A stretch of DNA of 64,000 nt from an uncultured Desulfarculus sp. (GTDB taxonomy: Bacteria; Desulfobacterota; Desulfarculia; Desulfarculales; Desulfarculaceae). Both the position numbers and the translations under genes were made by a program. Every line of letters starts with the position of its first letter. The stretch's first letter is position 1. Location: positions 800,001 to 864,000 of the forward strand of contig CAXXUK010000002.1 in the NCBI GenBank assembly GCA_963665125.2, given 5' to 3'. Shown in pieces: positions 37,295 to 46,679 of this stretch. The notes below the pieces were generated by a model. The model had not been told where the DNA came from. It ran no database searches and was given only the letters and a program-made list of their open reading frames with translations.

Positions 37295-39716
37295 TGTTTA
37301 CCTCGTCAAAAGGGTGGGGCACCACCTTGTCCTGGTGACGGCCCGCGTCGATATGCGCCGCGATCAACAACAGGTTGACCAGACGGGTGATGTCCTCGTT
37401 TGTCAGTGACTGGGCCAGCGTTTTGGCGCGCATGCTTTCCAACAGCGTCCGGGGGGATATGCCGCTCAGGGCATGGTCCAAGGCCCGGGCCACCAACGGG
37501 TCGGCGCAGGCCCTGGTCAAAACGTCTTTTTCCAGGCCCCGGCCCACCAGGTCAAAGGCCTCGTTGACGTGCTTGATGCGCAGTTCGTCGCGGTAATATT
37601 TTTCAGCGGCGGCGTTGAACTCCCTGGGCGGGACCTTCAGCGGATCGTCGGCCCGGAAACCACCCATGACGCCCTTGACCAGACGCCCGGAGGCCGTGTC
37701 CTGGGGATATTTCAGGCGCATGCGCAGGTCCCGGATCGTTTCGCCCAGGGCCATGGATTCGATTAGCGCCGCGCCTTCCCGCTGGATCAGCTTCAACAGG
37801 GCCTCGCGGTATTGCCAGTGACGGACCCTGATATAGCCCGGATAGCGGCGGCTGGGCCGCACGCCCCGGGTGTCTTCCAGGATCATCCGCAGCAGCAGGT
37901 TGCCCGTGTCTGCCCTCACGAAGAAGGTGGGCAGGCCGATGGCCGCGCCAAAGAATATCTGGCGGCGTTCGCTCTCGGTCTGGGGGTCGTCGGGGATGTG
38001 GGCGTGATCCAGGGCGCCCTTGGCGATGAAGTGGAAGGCCAGGGCCGTAAGCAGGCACTGCATGTCCACGGCATTGCCCAGGTCGTTTTCCAGGCTTTCG
38101 AATAGGCTGTAGTGCCTGCCCTCGAAGCCGGAAAAACCCATGGCCGCGAATTCGCGCTGACGGTGGAGCATGTACGGAGGCATGCGGGGGTCAAACACGC
38201 TTAGCTGGGCCAGGTCCTGCTTGAGGCGGTCCAGGTTGCCGGGCCTGCCGTCCAGGGCCGGGCTCTGGTGGGTGCTCATCACCGCGGCCATGTAATCGAT
38301 GAGCCGGAAATCGGGCAGGATGTCGCCCCGCAGGCCGAAGGCCTTGGCCAGGGCCCGGTCCAGCAGCGGCGGCCCGAAGGGCGTCAGGCGCAGGCCAAAC
38401 GGCCGCAACTTGAGCGAAGCCTTTTTCTTCCAGCGCCGCCAGATCATCCGCAAATGGGTGTAATCCAATTCATAAGGCAAAAAGCTCAGCACCCGCTCGG
38501 GGTGGAAGTCGTGAAAACCCAGCCGGTAGGGCGCGGCGCTGTAGGTGCTCACGAACAGCGGCAGAAAGTGCTCGATGAACTTGGTGACCAGGTCGCCCAG
38601 GTATTTTTCGTGGCTGTGGTTGAAACGGTTGTCTCCGGCGGCCAGAGCCGCGCTGAGGCGTTTGCTGCCCAGGGTGACGTGGGTGCCGTTGTTGGCCAGG
38701 CTGATGTTGGATGCATTGGGCAGCACCACCAGGTTGTTGGTGATGATTCCGGCCTCGCGCAGACGGGCCACGGCGTTGAGCTGGGCCCTGGAGAGCACCT
38801 TGTGGCACAGGTGCATGTACTGGTGTTTTTGTTCACCCTTGTCCCAGCCCGCCAGACAGGGGTTCATGAAAAGCTGGCGGTAAAAGGCGTCGGTGATGGA
38901 TTCGTTGAGAAGCTTTTGGCGCACCGGCGGGTGGGGCGCGAAGTAGGCCCGCACCCGTTGACCGCATTGGGCCAGGCCCATCTTGCCCTCGGCGTGCATG
39001 GTCAACAGCTGGGTCAATAAAAAGCGCTGGGCCGTTTCCCTGGCCGCGGCCCGGCCCATGCCACTGTCCTTGTGCAGGTCGCTGACATAAAAGCTGAACA
39101 GCTCTGGCGAGGTGTTGTCGCACAGGTAGTGGTCGCAATATTGCAAGCCGATGCGGCGCAGCAATTCGGGCTGGCCCTCCTGGCTGCCGACCACGTCGGT
39201 CAGGGCCAGCTTGAGCAGATAGCTCACCGGCACCCGAAGAAACTCCCGGCCCTGGCGGTGCAGGATGAATTGCGGGGCGTCGGAGCGTTTGCCCACCTCG
39301 GGATGGGCCTTGTCCGCGGAAAGATCGGCCTCAAACGAGGCCTGGGCCAGGGCACAGAGGTTTTCCCTGGGCAGGCGGACCCAACTGTTTTCCCAGATGC
39401 CGTCGGGGTTGTCGCCCAGCCAGTTTTCAAGCTCGGTGATCACCTTCTTGGGCAACTCACCCCGGCTGTGCCGCTTGATGATGTTCTTGAAGTAGTTGGA
39501 ATTTTCTATGGTCTGGGGCAGGTCCACGTCGTGGCGCGAGCCGATGACCACCGCCTGCAACTCGTTTTCGCAGCCGCAGGTGGCGTCGCCGCCGCTAAAA
39601 GGCAGCGTTTGGGCCAGACGCTCGGGACTGGATGAGTCCACGCCGATATCGGCCAGGACCCTTGCCGGAGACTTGCCGCCTCCGTATAGCCATCCGCGAA
39701 GGGGAATGGCGCTCAT
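37266..39716 (-). CDS. Large hypothetical protein, possible carboxylate-amine ligase (GCS/GS fold)
   Basis: About 816-aa ORF with AGGAG RBS; GCENELQ, NNGTHVTLG and FEGR motifs. The coding call is solid, the function speculative. Confidence 0.8.
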   Translation of the reverse strand: MSAIPLRGWLYGGGKSPARVLADIGVDSSSPERLAQTLPFSGGDATCGCENELQAVVIGSRHDVDLPQTIENSNYFKNIIKRHSRGELPKKVITELENWLGDNPDGIWENSWVRLPRENLCALAQASFEADLSADKAHPEVGKRSDAPQFILHRQGREFLRVPVSYLLKLALTDVVGSQEGQPELLRRIGLQYCDHYLCDNTSPELFSFYVSDLHKDSGMGRAAARETAQRFLLTQLLTMHAEGKMGLAQCGQRVRAYFAPHPPVRQKLLNESITDAFYRQLFMNPCLAGWDKGEQKHQYMHLCHKVLSRAQLNAVARLREAGIITNNLVVLPNASNISLANNGTHVTLGSKRLSAALAAGDNRFNHSHEKYLGDLVTKFIEHFLPLFVSTYSAAPYRLGFHDFHPERVLSFLPYELDYTHLRMIWRRWKKKASLKLRPFGLRLTPFGPPLLDRALAKAFGLRGDILPDFRLIDYMAAVMSTHQSPALDGRPGNLDRLKQDLAQLSVFDPRMPPYMLHRQREFAAMGFSGFEGRHYSLFESLENDLGNAVDMQCLLTALAFHFIAKGALDHAHIPDDPQTESERRQIFFGAAIGLPTFFVRADTGNLLLRMILEDTRGVRPSRRYPGYIRVRHWQYREALLKLIQREGAALIESMALGETIRDLRMRLKYPQDTASGRLVKGVMGGFRADDPLKVPPREFNAAAEKYYRDELRIKHVNEAFDLVGRGLEKDVLTRACADPLVARALDHALSGISPRTLLESMRAKTLAQSLTNEDITRLVNLLLIAAHIDAGRHQDKVVPHPFDEVNNAPISAPVH

Positions 39717-39842
39717 GGACATCTCCTGTTCGGGTTAACCCGCTGTTTTATAGAGACACTGTTGTAAAACTGGCCTGGGCCGCCGGAGTGCGGGTCCGGG
39801 CCTTGCGCCAATGTGACATTATCAAGAGCGCCTTTGGGGTGA

Positions 39843-39882
39843 GTAACGAACGTGTTAATGCCGTGAGAAATTATTGTGACAA
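39843..39882 (-). promoter_or_regulatory. Pho-box-like 11-bp-periodic direct repeats
   Basis: Minus strand GTCAC (39880), TTCTC (39869), TTAAC (39858), GTTAC (39847). Confidence 0.4.
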
Positions 39883-39947
39883 CGGCGGCGGCTTGTTGCG
39901 GTTTTTCAATTTGGCGTAAAAACAGGATGTTGGACGCTGATTAGTAT

Positions 39948-40157
39948 TTAGGCCGGGGAAGCCGCGAACCAGGACAAGGCCAGGGTCGAGGCCCCGGCCA
40001 GACGGACCAGAAACCTCACCCGCGGATCGATCCCCACGCCTACGTCCCGGCCCTTGATTATGGCCTCTTGTTTGATTTGGCAGGCTTTTTTAAAGATGAA
40101 CACCAGCCAGGCGCCGGTTGACAGCGACATCAACAGCAGCAGTTCGTATGCGCTCAT
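39948..40157 (-). CDS. Small two-TM membrane protein (69 aa)
   Basis: ATGA overlap with the stop of the EAL/GGDEF gene; two hydrophobic segments. Confidence 0.55.
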   Translation of the reverse strand: MSAYELLLLMSLSTGAWLVFIFKKACQIKQEAIIKGRDVGVGIDPRVRFLVRLAGASTLALSWFAASPA

Positions 40158-42583
40158 GCCGCCGGGCATTGTAGTTCCTCTTCTTGTTGGTCGTCATGGC
40201 TTAGGGGTCTGCGGCGGTCGCGCACGAATGAATTGCCGCTGATGCTTTTGGCGTAGCATTTGATTTCGGCGGCCCGGTGGCCGATCTGCTGGAGATCGCA
40301 CCTGCCCGCGCAGTCGACAATGCCCAGGGAGACCGAGACCAGGTTGTATCTGGCCATGACGCCGTCGCGGCCTTTGGCCATGACATAACCGGCCGCCGCG
40401 TCCTTTTCGTTGTATAGATCCGGCACCAGGCGCTTGAAACAGCGCACCACGGCTTGGCAGACGCGCTCGGCCCGGTTCTGGGCGCAGATCACCACGAAAT
40501 CGTCGCCGCCTACGTGACCCACAAAATTGAAGTCCGGGGCGTGACGCTTCACGGCCCAGGTCAGGATATGGGCCATCAGGTTGATCATGCGGTCGCCGGC
40601 CTTGAAGCCGTAGGTGTCGTTGTAGACCTTGAAATGGTCCAGGTCCACATAGATGAAGCTCACCGGCTCGTCCTTGCCGCAGTGGCGCTCTATTTCCCGC
40701 TCCAGGGTCAATCCGCCGGGCAGGCCGGTGAGCGGGCTGGCGCCCTTGGCCATTTCCACCTGGACCCTGGCCAGGGCGTCGAGGATCTTCTGCACGCTGA
40801 CCAGGCCGTGAGCTTTGCCGTTTTCGGTGACGATGACGTGGTCGTATATCTTGAACCGGTCGCGGCTCATGGCCAGCTTGGCCACGTCCTCCACGGGCTG
40901 GCCGCCGTCGACGATGAGGGGGAACTGGTCCATGACCAGATCAACGCTGCGGTCAAAATAAAGGGCCGTGCCGTACTGGGTGCCCAGTTGGCGGTCCAGG
41001 GCGTGGCTCATGACCAGGCCCACGGGCCGGTTGTCGTCGACCACCACCACGCTGCTGATAGGGTTGTTGTCCAACAGGGTCTTGATGTCGCGGACCTTGG
41101 CCGCAGGGTGCACCTGGGGTCCGGGCTCGGCCAGTTCGCGCACCGGTATGGAGCATTTCCAGTTGGGGTCGCTGCCGTTTTTGCGGGTGCGGTGAGCCGA
41201 AATGTCCACGGGATAGGGCTTGGGGCTGGCCGGGCGGGCCAGATAATAGCCCTGGCCGTAGTGCACGCCCATGGAGCAGAGGCAGGAGAGCTCGGTTTCG
41301 GTCTCTATGCCTTCGGCGATGATGGCGCTGCCGATCTTGTTGGCCAGGGTCACCAGTGCCTCCAATAGGGCCCGCTGCACCGGGTTGGAGTCGATTCCCC
41401 GCACCAGGGACATGTCGGCCTTGATGTAGTCGGGCCGCAGGTTGGCTATGCGCGACAGGCCGCTGTAGCCGGTGCCCGCGTCGTCGATGGCCACCTGGAA
41501 GCCCTGGGAGCGGTAGTGCTCCAGGGTGCGATAAAACAGCGTGAAATCGTGGATGGAGTGGCGCTCGGTGATCTCGAAGACCACGTTGGCCGGTTCCAGG
41601 CCGTGTTTTTTGAGAAGCCTTTTGGTCTCACCTGCCCGGAAATTGGGGTCTGCCAGAGTCTGTGGGTGGATGTTGACAAACAGCTTTTGGTGGGGTTGCA
41701 GGCCTTCCAGGCGGCGGATGGCCTGCTCCCGGCAGGTTTTCTCCAGATGGAACAGCGAGCCCGTCTCCTCGGCAAAGTCGAACATCATGATCGGAGACTG
41801 GAAGTAACTGCCCTGGGGGCCCCTGGCCAGGGCCTCCCAGCCCAGGGGCTGGCCCGAAGCCAGATCCACGATGGGCTGGTATACGGCGTTGATCTTGGGC
41901 GTTTCGATAAGCTTGCGGAATTCGGTTAGCAGGCTCAAGCCCTCCTGGTTCAACAGATCGGCGGCCACCAGGCGGGCCTGGTTCAAGGCCTGGTTGAACC
42001 AGGCGTCAATGTCCTGGCCTTCGTAACGCGGCAGCATGGCGCAGCCGATTTCCAGGTCAAGGTGCTGGCCAGTAAGGCGCACGGCCTCCCGGTTGAGTTG
42101 AAAACGGGCGTCCATGCGCATCCGCAGGGCCCAATCGGTTATGGCCGCCCTGTTGGGATTTTGGCCGTTGACCAGAAAAACAAATTCATTGTCGGCCAAT
42201 GCGCCGAAATGAATCATGGATTCATTTGGCAGAAGACCGTTGGCGGTTCTTTGGAGAATGGAGTCGAGACTGCCCATTATCTGTTGGGCAGCGTCTTTAC
42301 CGTAAATGCCGGTAAATCGCTTGAAGCCCGGAATGTAGGCCAGCAGCAGGCCCAGGGATTTTTTTTCATCCGCGGCTTTTTGCAGACAGCATTGAATATC
42401 GTTTTGCAGGTTTAACGAAGATCCGCGCAGTGCAAGGCCGTGGCCCGTCACCCGCAGGGGAGAGAAATCTATAAACTTGCCGGTGGTATGGCTCGTAGCT
42501 TTGGGCATCAACACAACCGTGCTCGTATTGGGTATTCGTGAAGCGTCTTCTTGGCTGACGCGATACTGTTGTAGTACCGCCAC
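40154..42583 (-). CDS. EAL-CBS-GGDEF c-di-GMP signalling protein (start uncertain)
   Basis: WEALARG, FEITE, IDDAGTGYS, AEGIET; CBS pair; DLDHFKVYNDTYG and GGDDF. Confidence 0.9.
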   Translation of the reverse strand: MAVLQQYRVSQEDASRIPNTSTVVLMPKATSHTTGKFIDFSPLRVTGHGLALRGSSLNLQNDIQCCLQKAADEKKSLGLLLAYIPGFKRFTGIYGKDAAQQIMGSLDSILQRTANGLLPNESMIHFGALADNEFVFLVNGQNPNRAAITDWALRMRMDARFQLNREAVRLTGQHLDLEIGCAMLPRYEGQDIDAWFNQALNQARLVAADLLNQEGLSLLTEFRKLIETPKINAVYQPIVDLASGQPLGWEALARGPQGSYFQSPIMMFDFAEETGSLFHLEKTCREQAIRRLEGLQPHQKLFVNIHPQTLADPNFRAGETKRLLKKHGLEPANVVFEITERHSIHDFTLFYRTLEHYRSQGFQVAIDDAGTGYSGLSRIANLRPDYIKADMSLVRGIDSNPVQRALLEALVTLANKIGSAIIAEGIETETELSCLCSMGVHYGQGYYLARPASPKPYPVDISAHRTRKNGSDPNWKCSIPVRELAEPGPQVHPAAKVRDIKTLLDNNPISSVVVVDDNRPVGLVMSHALDRQLGTQYGTALYFDRSVDLVMDQFPLIVDGGQPVEDVAKLAMSRDRFKIYDHVIVTENGKAHGLVSVQKILDALARVQVEMAKGASPLTGLPGGLTLEREIERHCGKDEPVSFIYVDLDHFKVYNDTYGFKAGDRMINLMAHILTWAVKRHAPDFNFVGHVGGDDFVVICAQNRAERVCQAVVRCFKRLVPDLYNEKDAAAGYVMAKGRDGVMARYNLVSVSLGIVDCAGRCDLQQIGHRAAEIKCYAKSISGNSFVRDRRRPLSHDDQQEEELQCPAA

Positions 42584-42614
42584 GCTGATTGTGCATCGGT
42601 TGTGAGATGAAGTC

Positions 42615-42643
42615 GTTACGTCAGGGTGACAATTGAATGAACA
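42615..42643 (-). promoter_or_regulatory. Pho-box-like 11-bp-periodic direct repeats
   Basis: Minus strand GTTCAT, TGTCAC, CGTAAC at 11-bp spacing. Confidence 0.45.
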
Positions 42644-42661
42644 TCCTGATGTACAAGCATA

Positions 42662-42877
42662 TTATTGATTGTCGGTCCGTTTCAGGAAAGCCCTGGCACC
42701 CTTTTCGCTCCGCAGGATCGTTACCAACTCCCAGCCTTCGGCGCCCAGGATGTTGAGGTATTCCACAAACCCGACAGGCTCAATGCTTTGGTTGCCGTTG
42801 GTGCTGATATCGGTCATGACGGTCCACATTTGATCGACCCACACCGACCGGTATTGCCAAGTCTGCCGTTGATTCAT
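42662..42877 (-). CDS. Small DUF4177-like protein
   Basis: WQYR...LNILGAEGWELV...FLKR pattern; GGAG RBS. Confidence 0.75.
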   Translation of the reverse strand: MNQRQTWQYRSVWVDQMWTVMTDISTNGNQSIEPVGFVEYLNILGAEGWELVTILRSEKGARAFLKRTDNQ

Positions 42878-43075
42878 TTGCCGCGCTCCAATGAAATGTG
42901 CCAAACAATATTGCAGCCTAACACAATTGGGCGCTACGGCCAACCAATGGCCGTGCGTGTTTGTTGGTGACTGTAACAAGGCGTAAATATGGGACAACCC
43001 GGCCCAAGGAAAATAAGGGCCCGGAGGTTGGCGGTCCAGGCCGCCGGGCTGGTCTTGGCGGCTTGTCCAATTCTG

Positions 43076-43690
43076 CTAGATGGACTTGCCGAAAACCGTT
43101 GCGATCAGTTCGGCCAGGCGCATCATATGGTTTTTGGCTTCTTCCTTGCTGCGGCCCGGATAATTGCGGTAGGTGATGACGATACCGTTCAGGGCGGCCA
43201 GCATGCCGTGGGCCATGAGCCTGATGCTGCCGTCGGCGCCGGCTTCTTTCAGGGCCCTTTCGATGATGTTCAGGGTGCCCACCTCCAGAGCGTTGAACTT
43301 GGTCAGTGATTCGTCGTTGATCTGACCGTCGATCATGAAATGGGTCATCATCTGGAAGAAGGCTTCGTTTTCGATGAGATAACGGACAAGTATCTTGCAG
43401 ACAGCCTTTACCGGATCATTGCCTTCGGTGGATTCCATGTAATCGGCAAAGACCTTGGTAATGGCGTTGTTTTCCCTGATGAAGGCCTCGACGAACAGTT
43501 CGTCGCGATCGGCGAAATAACGGTACAGCGAGGCGGCGCTCATGCCCGCTTCTGCGGCGATATCGCGCATGCCAACCTGTTTGAAGGGCATCGAGGAGAA
43601 GAGTTTTACGGCGGCGTCCAGGATAAGGTTGCGGCGCGCCTCCCGTTCTTCCTGACGCATTTTTTCCAGCGTGTTTTTTAGTTCGCTCAT
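43076..43690 (-). CDS. TetR/AcrR family transcriptional regulator
   Basis: ILDAAVKLF...MRDIAAEAGMSAASLYRYF HTH. Confidence 0.93.
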   Translation of the reverse strand: MSELKNTLEKMRQEEREARRNLILDAAVKLFSSMPFKQVGMRDIAAEAGMSAASLYRYFADRDELFVEAFIRENNAITKVFADYMESTEGNDPVKAVCKILVRYLIENEAFFQMMTHFMIDGQINDESLTKFNALEVGTLNIIERALKEAGADGSIRLMAHGMLAALNGIVITYRNYPGRSKEEAKNHMMRLAELIATVFGKSI

Positions 43691-44258
43691 CGGTAAAAAG
43701 TCCCCAGCGGATGATAGCCGACGCAGGCCCGATATCAGCAATTGTCAGGTTCCAATGGGTGTTAGGCTATTATTGCGTCCTGCGCCTGTTAATAAACAAT
43801 AAAATAACTTACATAGCATATTCATGGAGGCCATGTAAAGTCCCTAACTATAGCAAGGCATAGGCACATGAGCAAATAATCTGTTGGCGGCCGGGCATCT
43901 TCGTTCCCCACTTTGGGGCGGCGGCCTGCCGCATGACCTGGGGCTGGCCGGCGATATAAACGTTGGAGTGTTTAATCAAAACCAGCCCGCCGTAAAAGCG
44001 CCTATCGCCTCGCTCGTGCTGAACATTGTTCCACGTTAGCCCTGAATCGTTACTATGGCAAGAAATAGGTATATGCGGTAGTTATTGTTTTTCGGGTTGC
44101 ATTAGTGCTAAAATATTAAAATAACAACTATTATTGATGGTTAAATTATTTTGAGCAATTAGAAAGGCTGCCGCTGTTTGTTGGCGCGCTTGGAGGGGGA
44201 ATGACCTCCCGAAAGGCCCGACGGACGGAGGCCAAGGCCATCCGGCCAGGCCGGATCC

Positions 44259-44483
44259 TCATCCGCCGCCCAGAGGCGGGTACAAGGTGAGATTGTCGCC
44301 CTCGGCCAGGGCCTGTTCAAAGGTGGCGTCGGCCCGGTTGACCACGATGATGCCCACGCGGTCCCGGCCGATGCCCAGCAGGTCGATGAGCTGGCCGGTG
44401 GTGTAGCCCCTGGGCGCGAAGATGTCGGCGCTGTCGAAATGGCCTTTGCTCAGAATCGATTGCAGGCGCACCGAGATTTTCAT
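44259..44483 (-). CDS. MoaD/ThiS family sulfur carrier
   Basis: 74 aa ending PPLGGG; ATGA overlap with the AOR gene. Confidence 0.88.
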   Translation of the reverse strand: MKISVRLQSILSKGHFDSADIFAPRGYTTGQLIDLLGIGRDRVGIIVVNRADATFEQALAEGDNLTLYPPLGGG

Positions 44484-46363
44484 CGCGCCGCCTCGCCGGC
44501 CAGCCAATCCAGGCCCAGTTCGATGAGCTTGGCCCTGGTGGGGCGGCCTTTTTCGTCCCAGCCCATCATGCCGTAATACAGCTCCAAGGCCTCGGCAAGC
44601 TCCTGCTCGGTGATGCATTTGCCCTTTAGCGGGCCTTCGGGCATGGGCTGGTGCCAGCGCCGGATCAGCCTGTCGTCCGCCGCGTCAAAACCCATGCGCA
44701 CGTTGAACATACGGCTCAAGGTCATTGAGCGTTCCGAAGCCAGGGCGATTTCGTAGAGGCTGGTGTCCCAGCCGGTGATGGCCCGCACTGCCTCAACCAG
44801 CTTTTCAAAGGTCATGGCTCCGATGGGCACCGAGGCGAAGTTGCACAGGCCCAGCACGTTGTTGATGCCCCAGGCCTTTTGGCCGGTGACGAAAAAACGC
44901 GTCTTGGCCGCGTCGGTGACCGTGGGCTCAACAGGCTCCAGCAGGCCCAGGGGATGGAGTTTGGCAATGCCTTCCCCGGCAAAGGCCACGTCATGGGGCG
45001 TCTCGATGTGGTCGGCCCCGGTGCTGCTGACGGCGTAGCCCAGGGCCATGCCCGTTTTGCCCCGGCCGTCGTGCAGGGGCAGTTCCGAGCCCTTGATGTG
45101 GAAGGCGTATTTCTCGGCCCCGCCTCCGATGATCTCGGCGGCCGTTTTCACGCCAAGGGCCAGGGTGTCGCCGATTCCCCGGCGGAGGGCGATCTGCTCA
45201 ATGAGCCAGAGCATGCCCCCGGCATCGCCGAAGTGCATGTCCCGGCCATCGAAGTCGGCCTTGGTCAGGACGGCGTTTTCAAAGCATTCCATGGCAAAGG
45301 CCACCGCGCACCCGGCGGCGATGACGTCCAGGCCCAGAAGGTTGCAGAGCTGGTTGGCCCTGGCCACGGCGGCGATGTTGTTTACGCAGGTCAACGAGCC
45401 CATGGCACCGATGGCCTCGAACTCCGGGCCGCCCCAGTTTTTATTCAGGGGATAGGGCCCGCCGGCCTCCACCCGCCGTTTGCAGCGCACCGTGCAGGCA
45501 TAGCAGGTGTGGCTGGAGTGGAAGATCTTTTCATAGGCGTCCCAGGTGATGCCCTCGAACCCGCTGAAAACGCCATGCTTGAAGTTTTTGGTGGGCAGCA
45601 TGCCCGCGTCGTTGAGGGCCCTCACCAGGTATGAGGTGCCCTGGTTGCGTAGGATGATGTTGGGCGGATGCGCCTTGATCCGGGCGTTGTGCCAGCGGGC
45701 TATCTCCCTGACCTTGTCCGGATCGGCGTACTCCGGCTTGGCCGATCCCTCAACGGCCACGGCCTTGAGGTTTTTGGAGCCCATCACCGCGCCCAGGCCG
45801 CAACGGCCGTTGGCGTGCTCCAGGTTGTTCATGATGTTGGCCGTCAGCACCAGGTTTTCGCCCGCCGGGCCGATGGACAAGACCTTGGCCTTTTTGCGGC
45901 CCAACTCGGCCTTGATGCCCTCCTGGGCCTGCCAGTTGTCCTTGCCCCAATGGGCGGCGGCGTCGCGGATCTCGACGTCGCCGTCGTTGATCCACAGGTA
46001 CACGGGCCTGGGCGATCTGCCCCGGATGACGACGGCGTCGAACCCGGCGAATTTCAGCTCCGGGCCCCAGTAGCCCCCGGCCTCTGATTCGCCGAAGGCC
46101 CCGGTGAGCGGCGAGCGGGCCGCAGCGGTGTAGCGGCTGTAGCCGGAAAGCGGCGCGCCGGTTACCACGCTGCCGGCCAGGATCAGCGGGTTGTCCGGGC
46201 CCAGGGGGTCGGTTTCGGGCGTCACCTCGTTCAGCAGAAAATAAGAGGCGAAGTTGGAGCCGCCCATGTAGCGGCGGTACCAGTCTTCGGGTGGCGTGTC
46301 CACACGCCACGAGCCGGTGCCGAGGTCGACATGCAGGATTTTGCCGTTATAGCCAAAGGGCAT
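44480..46363 (-). CDS. Aldehyde:ferredoxin oxidoreductase family (tungstopterin)
   Basis: GYNGKILHVDL, RSPLTG, IGPAGEN, GLGAVMGSKNLKAV, CYACTVRC, YYGMMGWDEKGRPT. Confidence 0.94.
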   Translation of the reverse strand: MPFGYNGKILHVDLGTGSWRVDTPPEDWYRRYMGGSNFASYFLLNEVTPETDPLGPDNPLILAGSVVTGAPLSGYSRYTAAARSPLTGAFGESEAGGYWGPELKFAGFDAVVIRGRSPRPVYLWINDGDVEIRDAAAHWGKDNWQAQEGIKAELGRKKAKVLSIGPAGENLVLTANIMNNLEHANGRCGLGAVMGSKNLKAVAVEGSAKPEYADPDKVREIARWHNARIKAHPPNIILRNQGTSYLVRALNDAGMLPTKNFKHGVFSGFEGITWDAYEKIFHSSHTCYACTVRCKRRVEAGGPYPLNKNWGGPEFEAIGAMGSLTCVNNIAAVARANQLCNLLGLDVIAAGCAVAFAMECFENAVLTKADFDGRDMHFGDAGGMLWLIEQIALRRGIGDTLALGVKTAAEIIGGGAEKYAFHIKGSELPLHDGRGKTGMALGYAVSSTGADHIETPHDVAFAGEGIAKLHPLGLLEPVEPTVTDAAKTRFFVTGQKAWGINNVLGLCNFASVPIGAMTFEKLVEAVRAITGWDTSLYEIALASERSMTLSRMFNVRMGFDAADDRLIRRWHQPMPEGPLKGKCITEQELAEALELYYGMMGWDEKGRPTRAKLIELGLDWLAGEAAR

Positions 46364-46502
46364 GATTTCAAGTCCGTGTTGTTTGAGCTGGCGGCAGCCT
46401 TGACGATGGCTGCTGATAATATTAACGGCCGCGGCCTCGACTTGTCAGGCGCAAACCGCGCGAGCTGAAAACTCCGCAAGGATGTGATATTGTAACGTAT
46501 AC

Positions 46503-46520
46503 TGACTGACCGGTCAACCA
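46503..46520. promoter_or_regulatory. Palindromic operator candidate in the divergent AOR / lyase promoter region
   Basis: TGAC-TGACCGGTCA-ACCA with a perfect 10-bp core. Confidence 0.5.
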
Positions 46521-46679
46521 TATGAAATGTCTAATGTTTTCAACTAATAAGAAAAATGTGGTTGTTTTGATTGGCTTGGATGTGTAGTGTATTAGCCACA
46601 AAATGGCGGCAGATAAAGAAGGCGCCGCCGGTTGCTGCACCCTCTGGTTTCCGGTCAAAAAAAGCAAAGGGAGTAGTAG

